DNA from: Felis catus
Taxonomy: Eukaryota
DNA length: 64,000 bases
Reading direction: 5' to 3'
Assembly (NCBI RefSeq): GCF_018350175.1
Contig: NC_058368.1
Span: 16,742,001-16,806,000 of the forward strand
In this document: positions 50,480 through 62,325 of the stretch, piece after piece
Numbering within the stretch: the stretch's first letter is position 1
Layout: each line of letters starts with the position of its first letter
Position numbers and translations under genes: made by a program
The notes under the pieces: model-generated
Seen by the model: the letters and a program-made list of their open reading frames with translations, nothing else
Databases searched by the model: none
Told to the model about the DNA's origin: nothing

Positions 50480-51330
50480 TAGTATTGACCAGTTTTAAAT
50501 ACTCTTCAAATTGGTTAGGGTTATTTGCCTTATTGATTTGCAAAATCAATTCTTGTTTAGATTTAAATATATGCGTATATTTATATATATTTTTTGTTTC
50601 TGGCATCTTACTGCTTTCTGGTTCAACTTCTTTCTTCCTGAAGTATATATTTGGCAACTCTTGCACGGAAATCATATAATTCAATTTTTTTAAAGCTCTG
50701 CTTCTTTTCTTGAAATTCTCTTTATTTTACTCTCACTTTTCAGTGATAGTTTACTTTCTCCCACAACATTGAAACTATTTCATATTATTCTGGTCTCTCC
50801 TGTAGCTATTAAAAAGCCTTTCACTGTTTTTCAAATTGCTTTTTTCTTTAAATTGTTGCTTGTAGAGGTGTCTGAGTGGCTCAGTTGGTTGAGCATCCGA
50901 CTCTTCATTTCAACTGGGTTCACGATCCCAGGGTTGGGAGATCGAGCACCACATCGGACTCTGCTGAGCATGGAGCCTGCCTAAGATTCTCTCTCTCTCC
51001 CTCTTCCCCACTCATACTCACTCTCTCGCTCTGTCTCTCCGAAAAACAAACAAACAAACAAACAAATCAAATTGTTGCTCTGTAGGTAGTCGTTCCTTTC
51101 TTTCTGGGTACTTTTAGGACTTAAGTATTTGTCTTTAGTGTTTTACAGTTTTATTATAATGTGATTAATTATGGCATCTTGAAAAATCTGTTCAAAATGC
51201 GGAGTGATTTTCAATTTTAAGATCTATCTTTCCGCAGTTCTAAAAAAAGATTCCAAATATTTCTTTGCTTCCATCATCTCCAATCTTTTTTTCTCTGGAA
51301 CTGAAAAAGGTTCTGGAAAAACTAAATACA
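50480..51330 (-). mobile_element. Decayed L1 ORF1-region fragment
   Basis: T-rich + strand with reverse ORF1-type phrases (aaattgttgctctgtaggta..tttagtgttttacagttttattataatgtg). Confidence 0.5.
50866..51065 (+). mobile_element. Can-SINE
   Basis: gagtggctcagttggttgagcatcc; (CAAA)n tail; TSD aaattgttgct. Confidence 0.9.
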
Positions 51331-51879
51331 TGATGTTCAATAATTGTCCAAGCTCGCAATAAAGGAAAGGAAACATGTAGGGTCCAGCAATGAAACTGGA
51401 ACTTTTTCTCTGAAAATTGTGTATTTATTTTTTTCCTGAATCTTTTGTTTTTTTTTATATGGGGAAAGATTCTGGCCAGCCTGGTCTACCATTTTGCCAG
51501 AATCAGACAGATTTCTTTTTACGTTATTTTAAAGCAGGTTTTCTTCTATACTTGGGTAGATGCCATCATCCCTAATCACAGAGTAATTTGCAATGAGGCT
51601 TATTTCTGCACATGGGGCTGAAACTCTTTACATAGAAAAACACCATAATATACACATGCAAAAGAGAGTCAGATGGTGAGAGGAGAGACAATTTAGCATA
51701 TTTATAACTTGCTCATACTAATGGGCACAGCATTATGTTGGGGAGACCTGTGGTGACTGCCAAGAGAAGCTGGTCTAAGAGATTGGGACTGTCACAGGAA
51801 AGCCTGAAGGGAAGGGTATTATGCTTCAGAGGCTGGTATGAGGGGAGAGCCCTGATAGGAGATAGTGCTTTTGGAAAGG

Positions 51880-52040
51880 AAGTCTACTGGAATCACTTAG
51901 GGAACTTCGTAAAAATAGCCGTTCCAGGCCCCGAAAAGTCTTTCATGTGTTCAGCTGGACCTAGGAATCCATGTTGTGATAAGTTACTCCAGGTGACTCC
52001 ACACAGTGGTCTACTGAGCTGCTTTGGGAAACCAGTTGGA
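51880..52040. mobile_element. MER5-like hAT remnant
   Basis: ggaatcacttagggaacttcgtaaaaatag..ccaggcccc..cctaggaatcc..ctccaggtgactc. Confidence 0.55.
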
Positions 52041-52096
52041 ACAAGCAGCAGAAGAAATTAATAGGGGGGTGAGAAAACTGGTTCATAAAGTACTTC

Positions 52097-52298
52097 GGGG
52101 GCACTGGGGTGGCTTAGTCAGATGTCTGACTTCAGCTCAGGTTGTGATCTCCTGGTCAGTAAGTCCGAGCCCCGTGTCGGGCTCTGTGCTGACAGCTCGG
52201 AGCCTGGAGCCTACTTCGGATTCTGTGTCTCCCTCTCTCTCTGCCTCTTCCCCACTCATGTGCTCTCTCTCTCTCTCTCTCTCTCCCTCAAAAATAAG
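52097..52298 (+). mobile_element. Can-SINE
   Basis: gggggcactggggtggc head, CT linker. Confidence 0.92.
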
Positions 52299-52304
52299 AA
52301 TTAC

Positions 52305-52480
52305 ACCCCAAGGGCCAATATTGCATGTGACTTGTTTTTGGAAGGCCAGTGAGCTAAGAATGGTTGAAAGTGTTTTAAAGGGGGAAAAAAAAGAATATGT
52401 GACAAAAATCATACTTTGGCTCCCAAATCTTTAAATACTTCATGTCTGGCCTTTTACAGAATACGTTTGTGGAGTCCCTG
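52305..52480. mobile_element. MER58-like hAT remnant
   Basis: ttgtttttggaaggccagtgagctaagaatgg..aaatacttcatgtctggccttttacagaa..ccctg. Confidence 0.65.
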
Positions 52481-53240
52481 AATTTAGACAAACTGAAGGT
52501 TTTCCATGCAATGGTGGCAAATTAGCCACAGCGTGATGGGGGAATATATATGGAGAAGCAGCTGTATGTGAATAAGGCAAAGACAAAGTAGAACTTGACT
52601 AGAAGCCATGGTCCAAAGCGCTATCAAAACAAGATCATCAGAGCATTCAACTGAGTCACCAAAGTATCTTCAATGGCATGACACAGTGACCTTTATACAG
52701 TGAGAATTTAATCATGTTCAAGTTGAAATTTTTCATCAATTTCTAATTACCCTTAAGATAAGGTCAAAACACAGCATAGTACACCAAGCTCTTTGTGACC
52801 TATTCCAAATTCACATTCTTCAAGGTGTCATGACTGATCTACCATAATCCATTCCCATGAAAGTCCTCAAGATCCAGTGAACACACAAAATAGGTCCTCA
52901 CTGGTTTTACTTTATGTACTTATTTATTTTTTGGTTTTCACAGTAATGAAGTATATAGTTTAAAAATCAAATTATACATGTGTCATTATGAACATCAACT
53001 GTTCCAAACTCTACTCCCAATTAAACTCCAAAAAAGGTCTTTCTTTGTTTCCATTTTTTCCCTGATTTTACCTCCATAATTCTAATGAATTTCCTTATAC
53101 TTCCTTTTTCTAATATTCTATATTAAGTATTTCCACTTAATTCTAATTGAGATCAAGATTTAGCACTCTTCCACTATTCACTCCCTCCACACAATCCTTT
53201 CCCTTTCTCCCAGTATTATTTTAGCATTTTGATACTCAGC

Positions 53241-53247
53241 GTGTGTG

Positions 53248-53279
<32 letters not shown>
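53241..53279. repeat. (TG)n microsatellite
   Basis: Direct reading. Confidence 0.95.
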
Positions 53280-53281
<2 letters not shown>

Positions 53282-53333
53282 GTATATAGTTTACAATCTG
53301 ACACATAGTCCACATGTCCTTCCTTCTACAAAG

Positions 53334-53537
53334 TTTTATTATTTTTTGGTATTTATTTTTTTAAGTTTATTTATTTTGAGAGAGACAGAGACAGTGTGAG
53401 TTGGGGGAAGAGTGAGGGAGAGAGAGAATCCCAGCGCATAGCCAGATGCAGGGCTCAAACTCCTGAAACCACGAGATCTTGACATAAGCTGAAACGGAGA
53501 GTCAGACGCTCAACCGACTGAGCCACCCAGGCACCCC
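53334..53537 (-). mobile_element. Can-SINE
   Basis: Reverse body and head (gagccacccaggcacccc). Confidence 0.9.
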
Positions 53538-53653
53538 ACCTCCTGGCATTTAGCCCCACTTCCTGGCATTTATGATTGCCTCATTTTTTGGTGGCTGAAT
53601 ACTGTGCCTTTGAAACAAAAATTCTTCCTATGTAAAATTGTAATGTACCCCAT

Positions 53654-53865
53654 GGGGCATCTGGGCGGCAGTCGGTTAAGTGTCTGACTTCAGCTCAGGT
53701 CATGATCTCGCGGTTTGTGAGTTCCAGCCCCAAGTCCGGCTCTGTGCTGACAGCTCAGAGCCTGGAGCCTGCTTTGGATTCTGTGTCTCTCTCTCTCTCT
53801 GCCCCTCCCCTGTCTCTCTCTGTCTCAAAAATAAATAAAAAACATTTAAAAAAATTTTAAAAAAA
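53654..53865 (+). mobile_element. Can-SINE
   Basis: ggggcatctgggcggcagtcgg head; TSD aaaattgtaa(t/c)gtacccc. Confidence 0.93.
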
Positions 53866-54938
53866 TTGTAACGTACCCCCAAAGAACTCCATATATTAGA
53901 GAATCTACCAAATGCATTTCTATATTTTTGGAATTATCCCTCCTGGAACTTTTTATCATCTTGCACAAACCTTTGCAAATTGCTCGCTAAGTTTCCTGGA
54001 CTATTTGTCACTCCCCACTTTTTGAGAAATTCACTTTGCTTCTCTCTTGTTCATTGCTTTATTAAATGTTTTGCAACTACATAGCATGGATATCCAGCCA
54101 TCTGTCCTGCTATACAGCTATATTTTCCACCTTTAACTGACTAATGCATATTTTTTATCATGCTCTTCATGTATCTGTTTTTCCCTTTTCACTCATTTTC
54201 TGGCTCATATCATCCAGAAGCTGCTGGAGAAATAGAGAATGGAGGCACATTTTTAAGAATCCGCATTCCCAAAATATTTTTATGCAAGCTTCACAGTATG
54301 GTTGGATATAGAATTCTACATCGTTTTCCAAAAAAAAGTTTGGGGTTTTACTATTTTCTAATTTCCTGCATTGCTTTTGGAAAGTTCAGTGTCATTCAGA
54401 TTCCTTTATATGAGAGTGAGTGTTTCTCTTTGTCTTTCCAGAATTTTTAAGACCCTCTATTTATCCTTGAATATTCTGAAATTTCATACTTACGTGACTT
54501 GATATACACTTTTTTTTTGATATACACATTTTTTAAATTATCATGCTGGGAACTGTATTCTTCATTTTGGAAAATATCTATAAAATGTTTCCTCAGTGCT
54601 TGTGCCACACATGTAATCTTTTTGTCTTTCTAGAACATCTATTTTTCTAATGTTGGACATTTCAGATAAAATCTCTGATTTTCACATTTGCTTAATTTGC
54701 TATAATATAATAAATTTGTGCATATATATATTTGTATATGTATATACACACATATATAAAACACAGGAACAGAAAGACTAAACACAGGATCACAGATTTG
54801 ATGGAACAGAGGTAGGTCTGGTAACATGAGAAAAGGTTGACTCTGCCAAGAAACGATGATGTCGTACCTTGATCGATTGATGGAGACTCCTCAGTGTCCT
54901 ACATCTGTTCTAGATGGCAATAGAAAGGGGTGGAGTGT

Positions 54939-55165
54939 GGGGCACCTGGGTGGCTCAGTTAAGCGTCCGACTTAGGCTCAGGTCATGATCTCACAATTCG
55001 TGAGTTTGAGCCCCGCATTAGGCTCTGTGCTGACACCTCGGAGCCTGGAGCCTGCTTCAGATTCTGTGTCTTCTTCTCTCTCTGCAACCCACCCCCCCAC
55101 CCTCACTCATGCTCTGCCTTTCTCTGTTTCTCAAAAATAAATTAACACTAAAAAAATTAAAAGAA
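54939..55165 (+). mobile_element. Can-SINE
   Basis: ggggcacctgggtggctcag head; TSD-like gggggt(g/a)gagtgtg. Confidence 0.93.
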
Positions 55166-55579
55166 AAAGGGGGGTAGAGTGTGAACTAAGGTTAAATCTG
55201 ATTCTTCCTATAACATGTGATCCTTTTGGATTGGTTTATTGTTTCAGTCAGTGCTCATCTGAAGTCCTGAGGGTTGCCATGATCTATTGTGAGCTATTTC
55301 TATAATTAGTAAAGTGTTAGGGGAAGAAATGAATTAGTATCAATGGAAGTTCAAAGCCAGAAAATGAAGAGGTAGGCTTTTTTTTATGTGATAAAGGATG
55401 GGAATTTACTACTGGAGTAGGCAGGCTGTTAATCAATCATTCACTAAACAATGAGTATAGTTTATCTGGCTTGTTTCTAAGCTTCTAGACCACGGCTCAC
55501 TCTCTAACTTTATGGGTGATCATTTTCAGGTGATCTGGAATAGCAGTTGGGTTTCTCACCATCTTAGTCTGATATTTGC

Positions 55580-55990
55580 TCCATGTAACTTTATTCAGTT
55601 GAGAAAAATGTTTTTAGCCCCAGGCATTCAAGGCCTTTCTTAAGTTCCATTTTTCAATTTGGGGGGATAAAAATGATCTCTTTTTCAAAATATGCAAGGC
55701 CTTGAATTCTTGGACTTCTTCATTACCTTTCATTTCTGATTTCAAACCGGGCAATTTTTTACCAAGCTCATTTCTTCTTTCCTGTAATACTTTGCCAAAT
55801 GCAGCCAACAGTCAGCAATACAATACGCACTATTATGGTTCAGTTTTCCAAATGTTTCCCCTAGAGCTAGAGACAGAGCAGGCACATAATCTGCATTACG
55901 AGTTACAGCAGGTAAGTTATTAAATGTCTGCAACAACATAACATGAAAACGTAGCCATTTGTCCTGGCACGTCTCTCTATTTGCCACCTG
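55580..55990 (-). mobile_element. MaLR (MLT1-int) internal fragment
   Basis: ORF 55614-55808 (AAFGKVLQERRNELGKKLPGLKSEMKG) resembles the recalled MLT1 internal gag-like ORF. Confidence 0.65.
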
Positions 55991-56094
55991 CAAGTAACTA
56001 ACACTATATATTTTATATGTTGGCTATAGCAAATGCTATGTAGTTTACTTTTTTTTTTTTCCTACAGTAGTGTCCCAATTCAAGGTAGTAATTA

Positions 56095-56450
56095 CTATAC
56101 AGGTAATGACAGCACATAGTCTATGCTATGGTAACAATTATACTTTGAAATATTAGCGGTTTATGTCAGTAAAGGTTGATATCTGCCTCACATTACAGAC
56201 TAAAGCAGGTTCTCTCCACATGATGACTCAGGATCTGGGGTCCTACCAACCTGTGTTTCCAAAGTAACAAAACCCTTTATATCCAGCTGCATTAATGAAA
56301 GAGTGAGAAAATACGTGGAAAGTTACACAGGGGTCTTATGCAAGTATAGCTGTAACATACAATAGTTGCCCACACATACTACTAGCCGGCACTACTCAAA
56401 GAGCCCCCTTGATTGCAAAGCCCCTGGATCTGTGATTTAAATATGTATAC
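56095..56450 (-). mobile_element. MLT1 (J/K-like) LTR
   Basis: tatgctatggtaacaa..gtaaaggttgat..ctctccacatgatgactcaggatc..ccacacatactactagcc. Confidence 0.55.
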
Positions 56451-56914
56451 AGAAGCAAAATAAAAATATTTTAGTAAACACAGAACAAAAATAAAACTTA
56501 CAAAAAATGATTTAAGCAATAGAATACCTGAATAATCCTACATCCATTAAAGAAATTGTAGCAGTAGATTAAATTTGCCTATGAAGAAATCTCCATGTAC
56601 CAATCAATCAGAAGAATAATTAGAAACAGGGAAAGCAGAGATGGGAAAGGGTGGTGATATTTTCCAATTTATTTTTGGAGTCTTTTATTACTGTGCTATT
56701 AAAACCTGACAACAAAAGGATGAAAAATGAAAGTTGTACATCAATGTTACGTATTAATATAGTTAAACTTACATTGTCAACAATAATTCAAGCATACATA
56801 AAAATGATGTCTTGGTCAAGAAGTGGTTTGCTATAGAAATCCAATGTTTACATTTGAAAATGGATTCTTCTCACCTCATTATCATATAGGGAAAAATTAT
56901 ATGTGACCATTTCA

Positions 56915-57119
56915 TTTTTTTTTTAATGTTTATTTATTTCTGAGAGACAGACTGTGAGTGGGTGAGGGGCAGAGATAGAAAGAGACAAAAAATCCGAAGC
57001 AGGCTCCAGACTCTGAGCTGTCAGCACGGAGCCGGATGCAGGACTTGAACTCATGAACTGTGAGATCATGACCCGAAGAGAAGTCGGACGCCTAACTGAG
57101 AGAGCCACCCAGGTTCCCC
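56915..57119 (-). mobile_element. Can-SINE
   Basis: Reverse body; TSD tatatgtgaccattt. Confidence 0.93.
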
Positions 57120-57577
57120 ATATATGTGACCATTTTGAAAGAACAAAAGATAACCATTTATGAGGAAAGCTTAGAAAATTAAGAATAGAGTGAAATCTCC
57201 TTAATCTTATAATTAATATTTATGAGAAACTCAACAAGAAATATCATATTTGTAAACTATTCACATATATTTGTGAAACATTTTCCTTTGAGATTATACT
57301 AATGAAGAAATCTTGAAACTCTTCTTTTTGAGGTCAGGAATAAGAAAATAATGGTATTATCACCATGACTATTAAATATTTTTTCATTATATTACTAAGC
57401 AAAGAAGGAAATTATCAAGAAATGTGCATAAAGATTGTAAAGGATTATAAAGTCACTAATTGAAGATGTTATCATTGTGTATGTAGAAAATACTTTAAAA
57501 ATCGACCTGTAAATTACTAGAATTAATAAAAGGGTTAAGTAGCCATATGTAAAACCAATATATGGAAATAAATTGTA

Positions 57578-57791
57578 TTTTAAAGTTTATTTATTTATTT
57601 TGAGAGAGAGAGAGAGAGTGAAAGCATGAGCGGGGGGGGGGGACAGAAGGAGAGGGAGAGAAAGAATCCCAAGCAGGCTCTGTGAGGTCATCACAGAGTT
57701 CTATGCAAGGCTTGATCTCACAAACCATGAGATCATGACCTGAGCTGAAATCCAGAATCTGACGCATAACAAGCGAGCCACCAGGTGCCCC
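57578..57791 (-). mobile_element. Can-SINE
   Basis: Reverse body; TSD gaaat(a/c)aattgtatttta. Confidence 0.92.
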
Positions 57792-59484
57792 GAAATCAAT
57801 TGTATTTTAAATATCATTTTATTATAAAACGAGATAAGAAGAGACCATTTAAATAATACCAAAAATGAACTATATAGAAACAAATCCAATAGAGAATATA
57901 TAAGACCTTAGAGAAAAAATGATGAAGTTTTTTAGAAAAAATTTGAAGCACATATTTGGATAGAAATATATACCATGATCATGGTTTTAAAAAAGCAAAA
58001 AAAAAAATGATTTATATGTTTAAGGCAATCCAAGTGCAAATACAGGTTTATTTTTGTTGCACTTGGTGATCCGATTTTAAAATTTTTATGGATGTGCAGT
58101 GACAAAGATACCATTGAAGAAAAACAAAATGAGAGGCCTTGCTCAACCAGGTAGCTCTCTCTCTATTTTATATTTATAGGAATAAAGACATGTTGGTATT
58201 ACCAACAGCATAGGTGAGTATCCAACAGAATGGACTAGCATGCTCCAAAACAGATCTATTCATATTTGGATACTTGATATGAGAAAAGCTAATCTTTATA
58301 CACCAGATAAATGATGTTTAGAGTTTGAAGATTCATAACTCATACCATGTGAAAAATAACTCCAGTGGTTTGACGACTTAAGTGCATCAGTCAGAACTGT
58401 AAAGATTTTATAAAAATTAAACATAAGAAAATGGATTCATAATATCAAAATATGGAGGACTTTTTTCAACTATATGGGAAAATAAATGCTAATGTTAAAG
58501 AAAAATTTGTTAAGTTCAACTATATGAAAATGAGGGACTTCTGGTCATCAATATATATCATGAAAAGAGTGGAAAAGCAAGAGAAATGGACTAACTTGAC
58601 TGCACAGTTTACAAAGGAAAATGTTTAAATGCCGAAAACCCGCAAGAAAACACGCTCAACCATGTTGAATTAGTAATGGATATGAGAATTAAAAACACAT
58701 CCGATAGGTGGGCAAAAATTTAAAAGTCTGACAATCAGCAAAGCTGGCAAGCATGGGAACAAACAATATAGCCCAAATGTACTAAGGTGTGTACATAAAT
58801 TCACTTAAACACTTTGGAGAACAAATTGTCATTATTTAGAAAAGGTGAAGATGTGCATATCCTATAAGGCAACAATTTAATTTTTGTTATATATCCTAGA
58901 GAATGTCTTTTCTGTATTTGCACCTTGATACACGTATAAGAACACTTTGGGTAGCATAGTTTCTGGTACACAAGAACTGGCAATGAAAAAAAGAAATCAC
59001 AGATTCATAAATAATAGAATGAATTTATAAGCTGTTGCATATTTTTATAATACAAAATTAACATGCAATGAAATAAATGTATCATGAATGTGACAAACTG
59101 AATGTTGAATGAAAGAAAGAAATAAAAGCATATGTGCGTGCAGTGTTATTCCATTCATATAAAGTTTAAAAAAAAGGCAAATTAAAATATGTAATCTGGA
59201 ACCCATACACCTAAAGAAAAGCGAGAAACTGGTTTTCACAAATTCAAAATAATAGCTCCAACTAGGAGAAAAAAGTTTGGAGAAAATTTGGGGGACATTA
59301 TGGTTGCTAATTATGTTCCCCTTCTTGACATGAGTAGGGTAAGATATATTTTAGTTTCATAATTATCTGGTAAAATTATATATCTATGTTTTAGTTAAAT
59401 TTTTTATATATGAAAATTAAAAATGAAAACAAACCAGAAATCTAAAGACATATAGTGAAGTATTTTTTAATGTCATGCTAATTA

Positions 59485-59688
59485 GGGGCGTCTGGGTGAC
59501 TTCGTCGGTTTGGGCTCAAGTCATGATCTCCCCGTTTGTGAGATTGTGCCCATGGAGGGCTCTGCACTGATAACAAGGAGTCTGCTTGGGATTCTCTCTC
59601 TCCCTCTGTGTCTGCTCCTCTCCTGCTTGCTCTCTCTCTCTCTCTCTCTCTCTATTTATTTAAGATAACTAAATAAACTTAAAAAAAT
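59485..59688 (+). mobile_element. Can-SINE (degenerate)
   Basis: ggggcgtctgggtg head, ctgcttgggattctctctc, (CT)n. Confidence 0.88.
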
Positions 59689-60999
59689 ATCATGTTAACT
59701 AAGAATCTAATTGCAAATGAAGAAAACTAGTTGCAAATGAGAGCAGTAAAAAAAAATTGCCTTTTTTTCTTTTTTTAGTCAACTTTGTTTTTCTTTGTGT
59801 TTGTGTATAAGTGTGTATAATGTGTTCCAAAGAACTAACTATCCTAAAGCAAATGTCAGTCCAGCCTGTTTCTCTGGGGTAGTGTTTCTTCACTTTTATT
59901 GTACGTATGTTTCAACCTGGGATCTTGTTACAAATGTAGATTCAGACTCAGTAAGTCTGGGGTGGAGCCTCAGATCCTAGCAAGGATGTGTTCCCACTGG
60001 TAGTCCAACAAGGCTGAGAATCAAGGCTCCCAAGGACGTGTGTTATGGTTGATACTGGATGAATTAGAATTCAGTTCTTAATTTATATGTAAAGTGACTC
60101 TATATTTTTTTCACTCGACTGGGACACCTTTGGGAGTGAAACAGAGCTTACATGAATAATGGTGCTTGCCATAAGGCATAAACAGGAAATTACCCCAGAA
60201 CCTGGGACATATGTTTCTTCTATCTTTCAGTTGCAATGATGTTTTATGCACTCTACAATTTAGTATATTGCATTCTAGGAAATTGAGCACCGTAAACCCT
60301 CCTTCAATATCATACCAACATGAGAAATTACTAACTTGAAATGCATTAAAAGCATTCTGAAGAAAGGCCTTTGAGTTAGTGAGTAGAAGTTTATATTTTG
60401 GAAAATGCACAGTAAAGAAAAAGTTATGCCCCAGTTGAAGTGGGTGGAAATTTCCCATCTGCTGCTAGCTAGACAGTCTGGACCTCAGATTCTTTTTGCT
60501 TCTGAAACGCTTGTAAGACATGAGCTTATTCCATTTTAATAATATAATCTCTACTTATGGCACGAGACACTGTTTTGTTTTATCTCTTTCACATGTTTAT
60601 ATTTTGAACTTAAAGTGATTTTGTTTGTTTCTATCTAATTTTCTTCATATTCTGTGATTTCAAAATCATTTATAAATCAACATTTTAAAAGAAGACAATA
60701 ATTACCTGTGATTCAAAAAAACTCAACAATTTTAGGTCCCATGATGAAATGCTTGTATTTTTATAAGTAACTCATAATATATTTTGGGATTCTTTTCAAG
60801 TAGGGGCTTTTATCTCAGTATAAGTATAAAAAATAGGGGTTGGGATTTTCAATTATCTGATTAATGTAGTCATATGATGCTTTTGTTGAAAATTTTAAAT
60901 GTTTAACAATGACGCAAAGTTCTAAGGGACAAAAAAAGGAAAGAGCAACACAATAAAAAAAAAAGAAACTGCATTAAAAAAAAAAAAAAAAGAAACTGA

Positions 61000-61225
61000 G
61001 GGGCGCCTGGGTGGCGCAGTCGGTTAAGCGTCCGACTTCAGCCAGGTCACGATCTCGTGGTCCGTGAGTTCGAGCCCCGCGTCAGGGTCTGGGCTGATGG
61101 CTCAGAGCCTGGAGCCTGTTTCCGATTCTGTGTCTCCCTCTCTCTCTGCCCCTCCCCCGTTCGTGCTCTGTCTCTCTGTGTCCCAAAAATAAATAAACGT
61201 TGAAAAAAATTAAAAAAAAAAAAAA
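61000..61225 (+). mobile_element. Young felid Can-SINE (SINEC_Fc type)
   Basis: ggggcgcctgggtggcgcagtcggttaagcgtccgacttcagccaggtcacg; long A tail. Confidence 0.97.
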
Positions 61226-62106
61226 CTGCATTTTTATAAAATAAAATAAAAGTAACATACATGCAATCTGAAGTTATGCCAATGAAGACTAATGCATGAA
61301 TTTCAATGTATGGTGAAGTTATTTATACAATATTTCACTAAACTGACATCGGGAAATAAAGAGGGTTCAAAGATGACAATCATAATTAAAGAGTAAAAAC
61401 TAAAAGTCCCTTTCGTCTTTGAAACACCAGGCCTTTCCGTCTTATCTATTAAAGGTCATGGGGAAAATTTTCCTTCTGCCAGTATGAAAGAGGACGTCGA
61501 TGAGCCTCGTTTAATATCTCCATCCATATTCATGCAAAATGTTCTTAAGTAATGGAGATGAATATTATGGCTTAAATAATTAAAAAGTTAAAAATAATGA
61601 ATCATATTCAGTACTGAAAGAGCCTTAAACTTGAAGTATGATTCTTTTGATAATGACATATGGTTTTCAAAAAGAAATAGCAGAAACTGACATTCTAGAA
61701 AAACAAAACGAGTGATTCACACCCCAGCAAAATTTAATATCACTTCCAGGATATTGAAGGCTTCATGTGCCAAGTTAGTCATAGATTCTGGCCTTACGGC
61801 AGGAGGCACTACTGATGTTCCTTATTTTTCAATTTTATTATCATTATTTTGTAATTCTTATGAATCCATGAAGATGTATTCACCTATAAAGAATTCGTAA
61901 TGAAACAGCCTTATCACATCTGATTCATTGATTCTTCACGGAGTCGACATAAAGACTTGGTGCAGAGAGCTTCTAGAATGAATTCCCAACTAAACTATTG
62001 GCATTATTCACCTTCACAATTGTGCTCTGATTGAGAGGAACTGGGGACATCCTACCTGTAATGCCTCTGCTCAGGCTTTTGGATGTCTTTATTTAAAAAA
62101 AAAAAA

Positions 62107-62325
62107 TTCTTTTTAACATTTATTTATTTATTATTGAGAGACAGAGAGAAAGCCAGAGCGTGAGCAGGGGAGGAGCAGAGAGAGAGGAAGACACAGAATC
62201 CAAAGCAGGCTCCAGGCTCCGAGCCATCAGCACAGAACCCAACGCGGGGCTCAAACTCACAAACCGCAAGATCATGACCTGAGCCGAAGTCGGACGCTTA
62301 ACCGACTGAACCACCCAGGCGCCCC
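62107..62325 (-). mobile_element. Can-SINE
   Basis: Reverse body; TSD ttggatgtctttattta. Confidence 0.95.

Larger units (their letters stand above)
52920..54700 (-). mobile_element. Decayed old L1, antisense
   Basis: Reverse ORF1-type text (gttggatatagaattcta..ttgcttttggaaagttcagtgtcattcagattcc..aatattctgaaatttcata). Confidence 0.55.
56480..59430 (+). mobile_element. Decayed L1 ORF2 + 3' UTR
   Basis: ORF 56651-56836 (FSNLFLESFITVLLKPDNKRMKNESCTSMLRINIVK) matches L1 RT [37 protein letters not shown]; later ORF2 and 3' UTR phrases. Confidence 0.8.

Noticed and set aside
1423..62314. Recurrent ORFs such as MAQSVK..TSAQVMIS.. and ..RERGRHRI..
   Set aside because: They are translations of Can-SINE copies on either strand, not a gene family.
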